Below, piece after piece: positions 13,110 to 26,800 of a DNA stretch of 64,000 nucleotides. Position 1 is the first letter of the stretch. Each line of letters begins with the position of its first letter. A program made the translations under genes and the position numbers. The notes under the pieces are model-generated. The model ran no database searches and was not told where the DNA came from. It worked only from the letters and a program-made list of their open reading frames with translations. Origin of the DNA: Nageia nagi (taxonomy: Eukaryota; Plantae; Pinophyta); contig JBITNC010000001.1 in the NCBI GenBank assembly GCA_050084985.1, forward strand, positions 93,682,001 to 93,746,000, in the 5' to 3' direction.

Positions 13110-15922
13110 TATTGTGACTAGCACAACACACCTCAAAATCTTGCGATTTTGGGGACCCTTCGCAACTCTGGTCCATATAATGCCACGTCTATATCATGCC
13201 TATTCGAAAGTTTCACCTACCTGGTTATCACACCTATCATCCCAAGCCTAAGTGTTATTGTCCATCCCGTCTTAGCCATGTCAAACAAAGCCTAAAATTT
13301 TCAAGAAAATGACAAATTCTGGAAACCAGAAATCAAGTCTAGGTGAGATTAGGGGAATCCAAGTCAAGTTCGAGGAAGAGCAGAGCAAAAGACGACTTTT
13401 GGCTAGCCCAACGCATGTTTCAAAAAGACAAAATCTTGTCTTTCTGGGGCATGCGCCATCGTCCAGGTCGAGTATGAGCCAAAGCAAGTGAAATTGGGGC
13501 ACCTTGACGTTGAGTGCATGATTTCAAAAGACAAAATCTTGTCTTTTTGGAACATGCACCTAGATTAGGAGGCCGCCCAGGACGAGTTCGAGGATCAAGA
13601 ATCACACATGAGACACCTAGGGGTTGAGCACATGGTTTCAAAAGACAAAATCTTGTCTTTCTGGGACATGCAACAAGGCAAGAAGTTGTCCAGGTTGAGC
13701 TCGAAGTAAAATTTGACTAAGGCATGGACTCTTCAAGCTAGCATCCAGCTCAAACAGGTCCAAGAGGCCAGGCACATGGTTTTAAAAGACAAAATCTTAT
13801 CTTTGTGTAGCATGCTCCTGACCCAGGGAGACACCAATTCTAGGAAAATGTGAAAATTTGGCTAGGTCACACTTGCTAAGGCCCCAAAACAGATCAAACT
13901 GGGCAACAGCAACCCAATGCATGCCTCAAAAAGATAAAATCTTGTCTTTCTGGGACATGCACTCAAGCTGGCATGACTGGAGAGTTTGGGCACATGATTT
14001 CGAAAGACAAAATCTTGTCTTTATGTAGCATGTGCCTAGCTTGCAAGAGTTCTGGAGTTGTTCGAAGGTGAAATCTTGCAACCCTAAGCATTACAAAAGA
14101 CAAATCTGATGTTGCAAGGTCAAAGTGGGCAAGTCGAAAAGCCAAGATAACATGTGTGCAAAGGGCATGGGGCTCCTAGTTCAGCACATGCTTCAAAAAT
14201 ACAAAATCTTGAGTTTTTGTAGCATGCTCCTAGCCAAGAAGGAGCTCAGGTTGAAGAGAAAGGTGAAATTTTGGCTAAGTCTTGCACTCGAAGGTCCGAA
14301 ACATGCAAATCTAGACACCAGGAGGCAAACACACCAGAAAAAAAAGACAAAATCTTGTCTTTTTTGGTATGTGCTCAAGCTAGGAGGACTAGGAGGATGG
14401 GCCACTGTTTAAAAAGACACAAATTTGACTTTTTGTAGCATACGCTCAAACTGGGGAGACTAGCAAGCTAAGCACACCGGAAAAAAAAAAAAGACAAAAT
14501 ATTGGCTTTTTCTGGTGTGCCCCAAGTTCAGACATGCAAAGCAAGTCTGTCGCATCCGAAAAAAGGACAAGATTGTGACTTTTTTTGGCATGCTCCAAGT
14601 TTGGAGAGGCTTCAAGAAGCACTTGAGGTGAAATATAGAGGAGCTTGGGCTTAGGAGAAGGTGAAGTCACGAAGATCTTGAATAAAAGAGGCATGCGCCC
14701 AAGATATCCAGATTTCAAAGACAAGGTCCCAAGTCGTCCCAATGATACATGCAAACTACTAGATTTCCCTCGCAAGTGCCAAAGGTGAACAAGTCAAGTC
14801 TAATGTTGCAGAGGCAAGGAAGATGCATAAGCCTAAGAGTTCCAAAAGAGAATAGCGGTGTATTGTTGCAATTGCAACAATTTAATTTATTTTATTTTTA
14901 TTGCAATTTATTTTAAATTTGGATTCCAAAGACTTATTAAATTTTGTACAACCTTGTGACGGATGAGGATTTGCTCCCACAAGTGCTGGAATGAATCTTG
15001 TAACGCCATGTGGCGGAATTTCATTGGACCATATTTGTTTTTCTTGGAACATGCAATTAGGGTTAGGGAAACACTTAGGTTTGCCATGAAAACTATTTAT
15101 ACCCCTTATGGGCTCATTTGTAAGGGGGGTTAGACACTTTAACAATTGGAAAAGAACTTTGCTTGAATCACAAAATTCTCTAAAGTTTATTAATGTGGTG
15201 TATGTGTATGTGACTATTCTTATATGCTCTCATGTTGTAATGATAAACTTGAGTGAAAAATGACAGTGTTGTCTAGTTGATTCTATTGCTACTTTGTGTT
15301 ATTTCATATCACTTGGTGTGTATTTTAAACCTCGCATGAGGTGGACGAGAGAATGCTTGTTTATCTTTCAAAGTGATTGGATGCCATATTGTTTGTAATA
15401 CTTTGTCATTTGCAGTTTTAGGCTTGAATACTTTGAAATGTCTTGTTCATGTCACTCATAGTAGGTACTTCACCCAACCCATCAAGCATCACCTCCATTT
15501 CATCTTTCACCATCTTTGCCACAGCTTCGCACTCCTTCCACTACACCATTCATGTTGTTGGCTAGTGGGATGAACCAAGAGTGCGTGAAACCTAAAGTAC
15601 GCATGCTTATAGTCACATCCTTGTACCCATTGTCTCTCCACCAATTTCATTTTTTTTTGCAGCTTTCGCATCCATTTGTTTTTATTTTGAAAACAATCTT
15701 GTCTAGACATCAAGATAATCCGAGTCCTTGATCCACAAATGATATTTGTGTTGGTAGTAGCTTTAAACATCTCAGTTGTTCCTTGAATCTTACTCTCACA
15801 AACCTAAAAAGAGTGACGTTTGAGGTAACCAATCCCCATAGCGAGAAGGAGTAAAGTCCTTTCACTTTAAGTGTTGGCATTTTTCTCACTACTCTAGGGT
15901 AGGAAAGAAAAACCATCCAACA
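13110..15922 (+). mobile_element. Solo LTR B (2.8 kb) inserted in the 3'LTR of Copia-1
   Basis: Termini TATTG...CCAACA, TSD GGAAC on both sides; the pre-insertion site is readable in the intact 5'LTR (CTTGGAACTATAAATC); homologous to D. Confidence 0.93.
13410..14597. repeat. Array of ~11 palindromic ~45-bp repeats with variable spacers in LTR B
   Basis: Consensus GCACATG-n5-AAAAGACAA-AATC-TTGTCTTTT-n4-CATGCRC; copies near 13412, 13514, 13628, 13771, 13919, 13989, 14184, 14330, 14408, 14472 and 14551. Confidence 0.92.
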
Positions 15923-18375
15923 GGAACTATAAATCATTGTACTTCGGTTCACTTGTTAATTCAATCAGTGTTATTCATTCTCTCAAGATGCACTTTTTAC
16001 TGTGTCTATAATCTAATTCTCATTTGGACTATGTACCCAAGCATCACAACAAAACATTGTTTACATGATCCACACTCAGCTTGATCCACCTCCACTTCTC
16101 CAAGGGTCATGCCTCTCAAGGCCCTAACTGGCTAGTAGTTTAATATATAGTATGCATATTCAATGACCTCACTTTACAATCTCAAATGAATATGTCGTCA
16201 ATGTAGCATACATCAAGACATCTCAAAAAGTACCCTATTCTTCCTCTAGCCTACCCAATTTTGTTGTGGAGTATTGTTAATCCTCAAAACTTTGATGAAT
16301 CTATCACATTGCTTCTCTACCATAGCTTTGAACATCTTAAAATGCCCTAAAACATCACTCTTAAATTTCAAAAAAACATATCCATACCTTTCTTTGGTAA
16401 TCATCAATAAAAGAAAGAATGTATTTTAATCCACCATGCAAAGCCACACTCAAAAGACCACGCAAATATAAATGAACCAACTCCAACAAAGAAGAAGTTT
16501 GACGTGCTTTCCCAACTTGAAATATATCCCTATGATGTTTACGAAGCATGCAACCTTCACAAACACCACTATGAGGGGAACGAGAGAAAGGCATACCTTT
16601 CACAAATCCATTCTAACTCATATAACAAAGTGAGCCATAGTTGAAGTGTCCCATCCTCAAATGCCATACTTTTCTCACATCATGTGCCTTTGTAGGCGAA
16701 GCATAAAAAGCCTTTGTTGGATTATTTCCAATGAATTATCAAGATTGAAAAACTTTAATGCCTCATCGACAACTCCAATAGCAATGAGTTTGAAGTTGTC
16801 CCTTGCATCCTTGATGTAAACCCTATCTTTGAAGAAGTCCTCCTTTCCACTTTGAGTTAATTGATTCACGAATAGCAAATTCACATCCAATCGTGACACA
16901 TAGAAGACATCTTGAATTTACCCATCCGAATGCTTCACATCTCCAGTTCCAACAACCTCAAGACCCTCATCATTGGCTATTTTTACAACCATGCCACCAT
17001 TCTTGCCATGCACATAGTCATCAAATGAACACTTGTTCATGGTCAAATGATGAGAAATACCTAAATCAATGTATTAACCATCATTAAAAGAAAAAAGTTC
17101 TAGCTACATAGGAAAAAGAAAGTGTAACCTCTTCCTCATGGGAGGTTCTTGTAATCATATAGTGCCACTAGAAGCCCCTTTGGAAGATCCAACTTTCAAC
17201 AATTCTGACTCATTTTCAAGATCCTTCATTTTTTTCCAACACTCCTCATGATTTGCCTTGCCACAATAAGTGCATGTCTTGTGTCCTTAAGTCAATTATT
17301 CTTCTTATCATCTAAGTCCTTACTTTTGCCTTTCCATTTGCCTTGAGCCTTACCTTCACCATCTTTCACCAAAAGAGTTTGACCGTTGCCTAGAATCCCA
17401 ATGCCCCTATCAACCTCATCTTGAAGAAGTTCTTGAAACCTTCTAACAATGTGAAGCTCCTTAAAACTACCAAGCTTTAAAATTGTTTGAAAATTGGACA
17501 ACACATACCTGAAATTGCTAGACAAATTGTCAAGAATGCTCTCAACAAATTCCTTCTCATATGTTTCCTACCCTCATACAGCCCTAATTGAAGATTGGAA
17601 ATTTGAAAAATGCTTCACTGAATCAAAATCTTGTAATCTAATGGAAGTTTAACTCTTTGCAAAACTAGGCAATCCTCTCAATTGATGCTTTGCAAATCGC
17701 TGTCAACCTCTCCCACATATCCTTTGGCTTGGTTTGATGCTCATTGGTCAAATAGCACAACTCCAAACTCATGTTCGTTGCCAGTATTGCCCATGAAATT
17801 TCATTACTTTTCTTTGTAAACTTTTTGGTAGAAGTCTCCATAATAGTATGCCCCAATTATTGAACCACTGGGATATACTCCACCTCATTTTTATGATTTA
17901 GAAAGTTATTCCTTCTCAAGGGATCCAAAACGCATCATTGATTTTGTGCCATTTTTAATAAATTTGTTACTTAACCGATAAAATAAACTACAATCCAAAG
18001 CGTAGAGCTCAAAAAAATAAAACCTCAAAAGTCCACTAGAACAAAAAAAATATGCAACAAAGTAAAAAAATAGCCAAAACAAAAAAAGGAAAAGAACATG
18101 CTACAATTCATCACATGGCACTAATTATGCAATATAAATTTGCCACCTATGCACCAATAGTAATTACCACCTCTAAAATTTCACCACCTATCACCTCCTA
18201 ACTTGGCGAGCTATGATTAGATCCGAATGATGCCAATTGAATTTGTACTATTTCGAAATAAATAGTAAAAAAAATAGATTTACATGCCACTTTATCGATG
18301 GTAAATGCTAGTCAATGCAACAGATCAGCTATTGATTAACATGGCAAGTCAACTACTCATTAACATTAGGTCAAC

Positions 18376-18470
18376 ATCCATTGAGATGGGAGAGGTTGAA
18401 AGGGCTCAAATCTGTAACCTCCCTCCTACAAGCTAAGCACATTAGCTAGTCAAGCTAGGGTATTGGCCTT
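18376..18470 (-). mobile_element. Possible decayed tRNA-derived SINE head
   Basis: Minus-strand A-box-like TAGCTTGACTAG and B-box-like GATTTGAGCCC at tRNA-like spacing. Confidence 0.35.
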
Positions 18471-18948
18471 TCAAATTTAATGCGCCTATGAAATAATAAT
18501 ATTACCTATGCACGTGTTGCCTCCATATAATAGCGCTATATAGCCCTTAAAATTCATAAATTTTAAAAACTTGAAATTTGAATTTTTCAAAACTATTGCC
18601 AATTTGGAATTTCTTCAACAAGGAATTCAAAGGGCAAGATGACAACATATGGTAAAGTGTGAAACTACACCCCTAACTAATATTTTGCAAGGATTCCAAA
18701 TCTACAAATAATTTTGCGAAATTCATCATTGATATGTTGTTTTTTGCGATTTCTCAAAAATCTTATTTTGTGAATATGAATCGATTCAACCATTGAAATG
18801 AGCTGAAATTTGGATCACAAGTTTAACACATCCTCTTCTAATTTGTAATCACCAAAAGCCTATGGCTTACTTGGATCTTCAAATACAAATTTTCTCAGAC
18901 TTGCATTTTTCAACACATGAATTCAACCATATTACTTTTAATTCCCAA

Positions 18949-21033
18949 CGTTAGAGCTGAAGAATGTATAGTATCTTGGCTTATCAAATCCATGATCTTT
19001 TACTTATTGTGCAGCCTACTAATTATGAAAATGCACTTAAACACAACCAGCATAACTCATACAATAAGATCTATGCTCCCTCATCTAACAATATTACTAG
19101 TTCTCAATCTTGGACAAACTAGTAAAAGAAATGGAGACACGTATATTTTATATTGGTTCCTATCAGTGTAAGAGTACATCCAATCTAATGGAGCTCTTAA
19201 TTTTATATTGGCCAAGGAACATTACAATGATGCAAGAATATGGAGATAATATTGTCTCACAATAGCCTAGAATACTCCTCCTTATTTATGCAACATTTTG
19301 ACCTTCAAACATCCACTCCAAATAGTCTTGATCTATCAATTAATTGAATGGAGAAATTGCAACCACAAAGGTGGGAATGGTATGGCCTTCTTCAGCCTAA
19401 ACCTCTACGGCCTATAAAGCTCCTCAATCAACTGTATCACATTTGCACTCTTAAGCTTTCATAGAAGGGGTCAAGAACACATCAACAATCTTCCATGAGT
19501 TCCCACATAAGTATTAACCTCATCTACCGGCCCTTTTCATTCTGTAATCACAACGTCAGCACCCTAGTTACAAGTCTAGAACGACGTCGGAGCTGTTACT
19601 CCCCTGTAGAAACAACATGAAACTTCACCGGATTGAAATTGAATATATCAAGATCTAAGCATGAAGATCCCTAGTGATAATCTCCACTCCAAGACCTCTG
19701 AACTCCTGAAAACATTTAGTGTGCAACCTCCAAGACTACTCTTCTACATCATGAAGGCTCACAATTTATCTAATTGTTGGAGAATCCCAACAATAGCTAG
19801 GCAAAAATTTACAATATCAAGATAACACAATGTTATGACTGCCACTCATAACATCCTCCCTCTTGATATGCTTGCCACACTCATACCAAGCGATTCTATC
19901 TCAACAAATATAAATGAATAGCATAGACTGGTCATAAAATAATCTTTATTCTACACCAAGAATCTCACATTACATACTCATCAGTATGGCTGTGATGTTT
20001 CCACCTCCATCTAACTAGTAGCAACATTGGAAATGAAAAAAAAAAAAAAAGCATTTATGAAGTTTTGTTCTACCTTGGTCTAATTCCCAACCACTATGGC
20101 AGCAATAATGATCTTCATGGCTGTAGATTCTCACCATCTATGGCAAAGTCTGCTCCAACAATGGTAGCAGTTTGCCTAAATTAAAGGCTACCTCCACTTC
20201 TCTCCTTCTTTTCATTATCTATGGCAAACTAGAAAGTGAGAAGAAAGGAAGCCCTTATCAAACTCTAATTACCTTGGATTGATTATCATCCACTATGGTA
20301 ATCACTATAGTCTCTTCATGGCTGCAGATCCTCCCATTTGTGGCTAAGTCTGCTCCAACAATGGTAGCAACTTACCTACAAGAAAAACTACCTCCTCTTC
20401 TCTTTCTCTTTCCCCTTGTTGAACAATGGTTCAATCTTCTTCCAAATGATCCTCAAGGATGTCTTTTTTGTCGCCGGAACCATCTCTTTGCATTCCAATG
20501 ACTCTATACTTAATCTACCTCCACAAAACAACTATAGCACTTCACCTGCCCCGAAATTCCATTGCTCCAACAATGCTGGCAGTGTAAAGAACAGCGCTAG
20601 CACCCTTCCTGTAGTATTTATGGAAAAAGAAATTGTAGGAAAACAACTCAAATAGAGGTCAAATATTTGACAAAGGTAGGCATTGGAAAGGTATTTTCAA
20701 GGGCTATCCAATGAAGAAAGAATCAACTCAATATAATATCTCTACAAAACATTATACTTTCCTAAAGATGAGTGATCTATTCTTGTGACAAGTTCTAGCT
20801 ATAATAACTTCACAAGACCATTAGAAAATGCTCCAAATATCACCCAAACATGAGGATTCACCAAATCCTCACTCCTGTGATATTTGTCAATAATCATATG
20901 ATCCAATTTCGGATCTTCTTCAACTCCATTGAATGGATTTTGCATCTCATATTCCCAACTCTGAAAATTGCAAAATTACTTCTAAGCCCTTGTAATAGAT
21001 CTTTAATGGATTCTCCAACTAGCTTTGGTACCA
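18949..21033 (-). mobile_element. Non-autonomous (non-coding) LTR element: PBS, internal region, PPT and 3'LTR
   Basis: Minus-strand PBS TGGTACCAAAGC (21022-21033); PPT AGAGGGAGGA (19854-19863) followed by TGTT LTR start at 19853; internal ~200-bp tandem duplication at 20020-20410; 20500-20915 is the reverse-complement homolog of 49874-50280. No matching 5'LTR found; left end approximate. Confidence 0.65.
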
Positions 21034-21879
21034 TAAAAAATTGTTGCAAAATCGAAAAATATGAGAATGTCACACAGACCAATGATTGATGCAAAGATAG
21101 AAGAGAACAAATACACAAGAATATGGATCGACAGTTAAGAGCAACAAGGATATCATAATATTAAATATTAAAAAAACAATTGATACAAATGATGGCTAGG
21201 AGTGACCTTAAAGAGGCACAAGAACTTCTACCAATCCATGTAATTTGATCACGACTGCTAGATTTCAAAATAATATATTCTAATATCAACCAGCAGTTGA
21301 TAGCCCTAGTATTCATAAATACTTGTGTGCTAAGAAACACAAAAGCAATGCTAAGACTAGTTTAACATCCGATAGAAAGTAGGTGGTGATCCATTTGTGT
21401 GCAGGAATTTTGTACTAATGACATTAATGGGAAACCTTTGGCCTCTTGATTTGGGCTATTTTGAATTTTGGGTGGAGCAAGTAGAAGGGCAATGCATACA
21501 AATCAATCAAAAGAAATGCTAAAAAGGCTCATAAAAAGATCTCAAAACTATCAATTGAAAAGTTGAGATCAAAAAACCTATCTATGGTGGCCAATTATAA
21601 AACAACAATCAATGAATAAGTTCTAGTTATTCAAGGACAATAATGAGATAGTCATGAAAAAGATAACATCCAACAAAGGAAAATTGATACCATTTACATC
21701 ATGTTGTGCCTGCACAACAACCCCCAAAAATTTTGCATTTTTAAGGACCCTCATTACACGAGACACCAAGGCATGAAAGATTTTTCTAAGTCAAATGCAT
21801 GAATTGTAGGCCAAACAAGGATGAATGTGGTAAATTTGCATTTTTCGATTCAAACAAATCAGAAATCTGCCATTTTGCC

Positions 21880-23592
21880 CAGGGCGCATGTTTTAAGGGA
21901 CATGCTTTTGCATGTACCACAAAAGGTGCACCTCCCCTTCATTCTGTTCAGTTTTGGTCAAATCTTGCATTTTTAAGCTCGAATTGCATCTTTCAAGTCC
22001 ATTTTGCACTTGGTCATTCCGTGAATTTGCATCCCCCTACATGGCATTCCATCTTCGGGGGTCATTCTGGTCATTTTGAAGGAAATTAACATGTTTTAGG
22101 CCTAAGCGCATAGTTTGAGGGACATGCTTTTGCATGTACCCAAATTGGTGCACCCTAGCAGATGAGGTATGTTTCACACTTAGCAAATTTTGGAAGAAAA
22201 TTGTAAAATTGACCGAGCGCATGGTTTCGGGGACAAGCTTTTGCATGTACTCAAATCAGTGCACCCTCTTTCAGGCATGAAAATTTGGCTAAGTGTGAAT
22301 TTTGGACGTCCGCCATAAGGGAGACAAGTGTGTTCACATGCATTGGGCCTCCACTCACACCAATCACCACATGACACCTGTCCACTTGGGCGAAGGCTAT
22401 AAAAGGAAGGCCAACCTCAGGATTCAATTTGTTTGGCTAATTTTAGAGCATTGTGCTAAGTCTGGTCCAGAAAAGCACATCCCCCAAAGGATGTGCCTTT
22501 TTCTAGATGGTAATTTTGAAGGTCATTTTCATTAAATTATAATTTGTTGCATTGGAATGTGTGTCATGGAACTGTGCGCATGATTTTGGGGAAACATGAA
22601 AGCACTCGCCCAAATCGATGTGCCAGCTTCCAGGCATCCTAGCCCAAGGGCATTTTTTTACCAAGTATAGAATCATAAAGGGCCTAGGCGCAAGTTTTCT
22701 GGTACATGCTTTTTCACTCCTCCGAAAGTGTGTGCCCAAATTCTAGAGCATTTTCAAGTTAAGTCTTTTTGAGGTGCCTGCTTCAGGTGCAAGGATTTTG
22801 GGACATGCTTTTGCACCCCTCCAAAAGAGTGCGATCAAACAACAAGGGTTTTAAGGGTGGATGAAATTTGACTACGTCCTTTTGATGCACTAAGTTGGTT
22901 GGCGCATGTATTCCCGGACATGCTTTTACATGCACTCTAAAACGTGCGCCCACCATCCTAGCTCAGTTATTTGGCCTCATTATTGACCAACCAAGAGGTG
23001 ACACATGGCAAAGCTGAAAGTTATATATAGGTGGTCACCCCTTATGCTATTTAACACTTCATTCCATTTTTTATCAAGCCTCCTAGTCGCACCATTTTCA
23101 GGACATGCTCAAGGACTCACTCAAATTGGTGTGCCCAAGAGAGATAAGGGATTGAGAAGTTGTTTGAACTACCAAAAGCCATTTGTTCTAAAGGGTGAGC
23201 TGGATCTCAGGGTCCGTTTTCTGAAATTCACTTCATAGTTTTCTACACAAGTTTGCCCTAAATTGACCTATGCACATGTTTTTTCATTAGTGCTTAAGGA
23301 CTCATCCAAAACAGTGCACCATGTCTAGATCCAAGAAATTGGCTAAGTATTTAGAACTATCAGGTGCATTTCATTCTCCTTTCAATTGTGCATGGAAGTT
23401 TGAGGTGCATGCTTTGCGGGACATGAAAAAGCACGTGCCCAAATCCGTGCCCCCAAGCATGAAGTGGTGACTTGACCTTTCAATGTGGAATATTGTTGCC
23501 CTAGATTTGACCAAGTGATGTGTTCTCATCTCATGTGTCCAGTCGCTTGTTTTTCAAGCTATAAAAAAGCACCCTTCTAAAAAGGTGCACCC
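21880..23592. repeat. Array of ~10-11 hairpin ~50-bp units in LTR C
   Basis: Consensus GGCGCATG-n-GGACATGC-TTTT-GCATGTAC-n-GTGCACC; copies near 21883, 22105, 22217, 22575, 22688, 22786, 22901, 23087, 23272 and 23403; several spacings of ~100-114 bp. Confidence 0.85.
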
Positions 23593-23684
23593 TAGGGATT
23601 GTAAGCTGAAATTGACTAACTATTGAGGAAGCCAGGAGTCAAAGGGCTGAGAAAAAAAGTGGCATACACCCTCCATGCGGCATT

Positions 23685-23715
23685 TATAAAAGGGCAATCC
23701 CAGTTCATTTTTGCA
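23685..23715 (+). promoter_or_regulatory. TATA box of the LTR-internal gene
   Basis: TATAAAAGGGCAATCCCAGTTCATTTTTGCA, matched in LTR A (minus strand, 5813-5782) by TATAAAGGGGGAATCTCGCCTTCATTTTTACA; both lie just after the array and ~160-190 bp before an ATGAC start. Confidence 0.6.
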
Positions 23716-23870
23716 GGACATTTTTTTTGCAGCCTGAACCTGCACATCTGGCCATTCTTTTCTACATTTTCCAGAACACATCCAATTTGGTGCTTGACCC
23801 TTTTTGGGGACATTCCTAACCAGAATTCAGGCTTTTTCTATAGTTTTTTGTACACTTTTCAGATTTTAAG

Positions 23871-26800
23871 ATGACTTCTAGGGTAAAGCCTACCCCATAC
23901 AAGACCAAAAAGATTCAAAAGCAACTCTTTGAGAGGCATGTCACGAACGACCAAATGGAAAAGGTTATGAGGGAAAGTCAAATAGAGTTTCAAGAAAGAG
24001 AAAAACCAAAGCTACCTGAAGCCAAATTTAAGGGGAGATTCATATTCATTGGGGATACAGATTGGAGAAATATTGATCCCATCTAGACTATAGCCTCCAT
24101 TGCCTCCATCAGCAAGGAGGATCTATTGGATGAAGTCATCCATTCTTGTGGGTTGTTCAATGCCACCATGATGCCTTTTGTTTCATTTTCTGACTTATGT
24201 TATGAAGTTTCTAAGCGATGTAAATATGACAAGAGAGTTCTCTTGGACACCGTGGGGAACGTGATCATGGATTTCTCTCTGGAGGGGATCGAAGCCACCT
24301 TTGGCTAGAGAAGATATGGAGATGATTATAATTTGACTCATTCAGAAGAATTCCATGACACCATTGCCTAGCCTGGGGATTACATCAGAAGATGGTTGTG
24401 TGAAGAATACCAAGGCATCCAAGGCCGACGATTAATTAGTGCTCGTAGGAAAGAGTTCCTTCCCACAGTGGCTAAGTTGATCACTTTGTTGTCCAGAGTC
24501 ACAAGTCAAGAAAATGACTCTAAATACAAGAAAAAGTTCACTAGATTTATTGCTATGATCAGTTCAGGGAGAGCCATTCGATTGAGCAAGGTAATCAATG
24601 ATGTCTTGCACCACTAGCTAGCCTAGTTTGGCTCTTCCAAGAGATTCTACATGAACTCTTACCTAGTATACCTGTTGTTGCATGGCAAGTTTAGGTTTAA
24701 GGAGCATGCAGATGAAAGATATCTAGGCACATAGGGCACCCTGGTGTAGCAAATTTATCCAAAGTGGTGGTACCACAACAAATTCAAGCACTACTACAAG
24801 AGGAACGACCAGTGGGAGTATGTTATTTACAAGGAGATTAAAGGTGAATAGGTAGTCAAGATAATCTTTGATGTTGTAGTCCAAGCCATCAGTCTACAAG
24901 CAGATTTCTACCTGCAGTATACTGACTACACATACAGGGTTTATGGCTCTGAAGAATGGCCTCTAGTCCTGCTAAAATATGCCAATGATAGGTTGGTCCT
25001 CATGGAGTTTGCCAGATAGTTATTGTTTTTGAAGGAGCGATTATGGAGAAAGGACGCAACCATTAACTTGCCTATTTCCATTGCAAGTTATGTTTTTCAG
25101 ACTTGGGTTGAGGCCAATAACATGAAGAAGGAGTTGCAGCAGTATGTCTTCTACAAGGAGGTAGCAGCCAAAAATTATCATCCCAAAGGTGTTATCGCCC
25201 GTTTCTACAACACTGCATTCCTGCAGCCCGTTGTTTACAAGCATAAATACTTACGGAATGTGGAGAAGTACAGAAATGTAAGTGTTGAAGAGGATATGGA
25301 GAGGATAGATGCTCTTTCGAGTAGAAACAAAGCCCCTCTTCTGGTAGAAAAGGCATCTCAGAGACCTAGAACTATGAAAGAAACATCCAAAGAGGTCCCA
25401 TTAAGGATCAAAACCCCTCCTTCTACAAGCGTTGCACCTCCACAAGTCGAGGCATCCTTGCTTCCCATTGGGAAAAGACAAGGAACGTCAAGAAAGTGTG
25501 CCTCAATGGAACCCAGTAAACGCAGTGTTGGTGGTTGACACAGCCAAGATAAGTCGTCAAGTGGTTGATCTTAGAGACGTTGAATACCATGACATCTCTT
25601 TGAGCATGCTGGAGGAAGCCGGTGCCAGTGATTCCCCTGTCAAAGAGACTCCACTCAGACACACTCACCCTCCTGAATGCAGAGAGAAAGTTCACCAATT
25701 GTAACCAAGTTCCAATTCTTCCGAACACTCTATTTCTTCCTCTGATGAAGAAAGTGGTGAAGAAACGGGATGTAATAAAGGAGGCTCGAAAGAGGAGATA
25801 GGGAGCCAGAAAGATAATGAAGAAAGCCGCTGTGAATAGGAAGAAGAAGATGATGTTGATGTCGATGAAGAGTACCTCGATCAAGGGAATGTAGCTGTAG
25901 GTGCTTCTACACCTAATGATACGAAGATTGAAACTCTCCCAGATAATGATGATGACCTATTCATAGACATTGAAACATATGATGAAGATGTCCATATTAT
26001 TGGAGTGAGATGTGCCAAAGTGGTGGGTTCTTCCAAAACCTCTCCTACAGAACATAAAAAGATGTCACCTTCATCTTTCCAAAAGGCCTCTATAAAGAGG
26101 ACTAGCCATGAGAGATCCCCTCAACCATGCAGGAAAGTTCTATCATTAGGTGGTGGTGGTGGAGATGAAGAAGATGAAGGAGAGACCGAGGAGCAAAAGA
26201 AGAAGAGAAAGCAAGATGAGCACCAAGGTAAGGAGGTTGCCCTCATTCAAACCACTCCAACAAAGGAAGTCAAGAACATTAGTAAAGGTCGAGTGTTGGT
26301 ACAGAGGCTCCCTCCTAAGCCAACAACTGAACACCCAGATCTTGACTTGGACGCCTGCCTAAGAGCTTTGAACATGAACACGACTCATGATGAAGAGATT
26401 GATCAAGACCTAAGGTCTAAGGATGAGGAAGAGGAGCTCTCTAATGGTAAGAAAGTCATAAGGGTAGATACTTTTGTCTCTACTTTAAGAAAGAAGATCT
26501 CCATTAGCCACTGTTACTCTAAGGAGAAACATCCACAAGACCCGAGGACTGCATGATAGAGACATTCAAGATGCTCTTGGAGTTAGGTCTGATAGCCAAA
26601 AAGTACATAGTCATGCAGAATGTTGTTGTCATGGAACAAAAAGGATATGAAGCCAAGAGGGAGGTGAGAAGACTCAAGAAGGAACTCATGGCTAGCAGGA
26701 AGATCATAAAGGAGTTCCAGACTATAAGTACCACCCTTATAGAGTTGAAGAAACAAGTCTTGTTCCATGTCGGATGGGAGTTGATGAAGGACCATCTAAA

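Larger units (their letters stand above)
8130..15985 (+). mobile_element. Full-length degenerate Ty1/Copia element (Copia-1)
   Basis: 5'LTR 8130-8585, PBS TGGTATCAGAGC 8589-8600 (tRNA-iMet), PPT AAGGGAGAGAA 12721-12731, 3'LTR 12732-13109 plus 15928-15985, perfect TSD AGATG at 8125-8129 and 15986-15990. Confidence 0.96.
3640..17900 (-). mobile_element. Degenerate Ty1/Copia element (Copia-2), split by two later insertions
   Basis: Minus-strand gag (17292-17856) and GAG-pre-integrase/integrase (CEGC, ELVH, SFIDDY; 16361-16603). KKC|IFVGYNEVSKGY joins across 15986/8129. RT motifs GCKWV and HQMNVKSAFLNGDL (7200-7450) continue left of 4031 as KLKKLYGLKQAP and LLHYFLGI. Ends approximate. Confidence 0.85.

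Noticed and set aside
13105-13112. 8-bp TSD GGAACTAT suggesting B is a hAT-type DNA transposon
   Set aside because: Homolog D has a clean 5-bp TSD and the same TATTG start, so the extra TAT belongs to the element; there are no long TIRs.
13410-14597. CRISPR array (palindromic repeats with variable spacers; also 37680-38435)
   Set aside because: Repeats are degenerate, spacer lengths vary several-fold, there are no cas genes, and the arrays lie within TSD-flanked plant LTRs.
25423-25884. Hydrophobic 153-aa minus-strand ORF as a membrane protein
   Set aside because: Antisense shadow of the Glu/Asp-rich region of the LTR C ORF.
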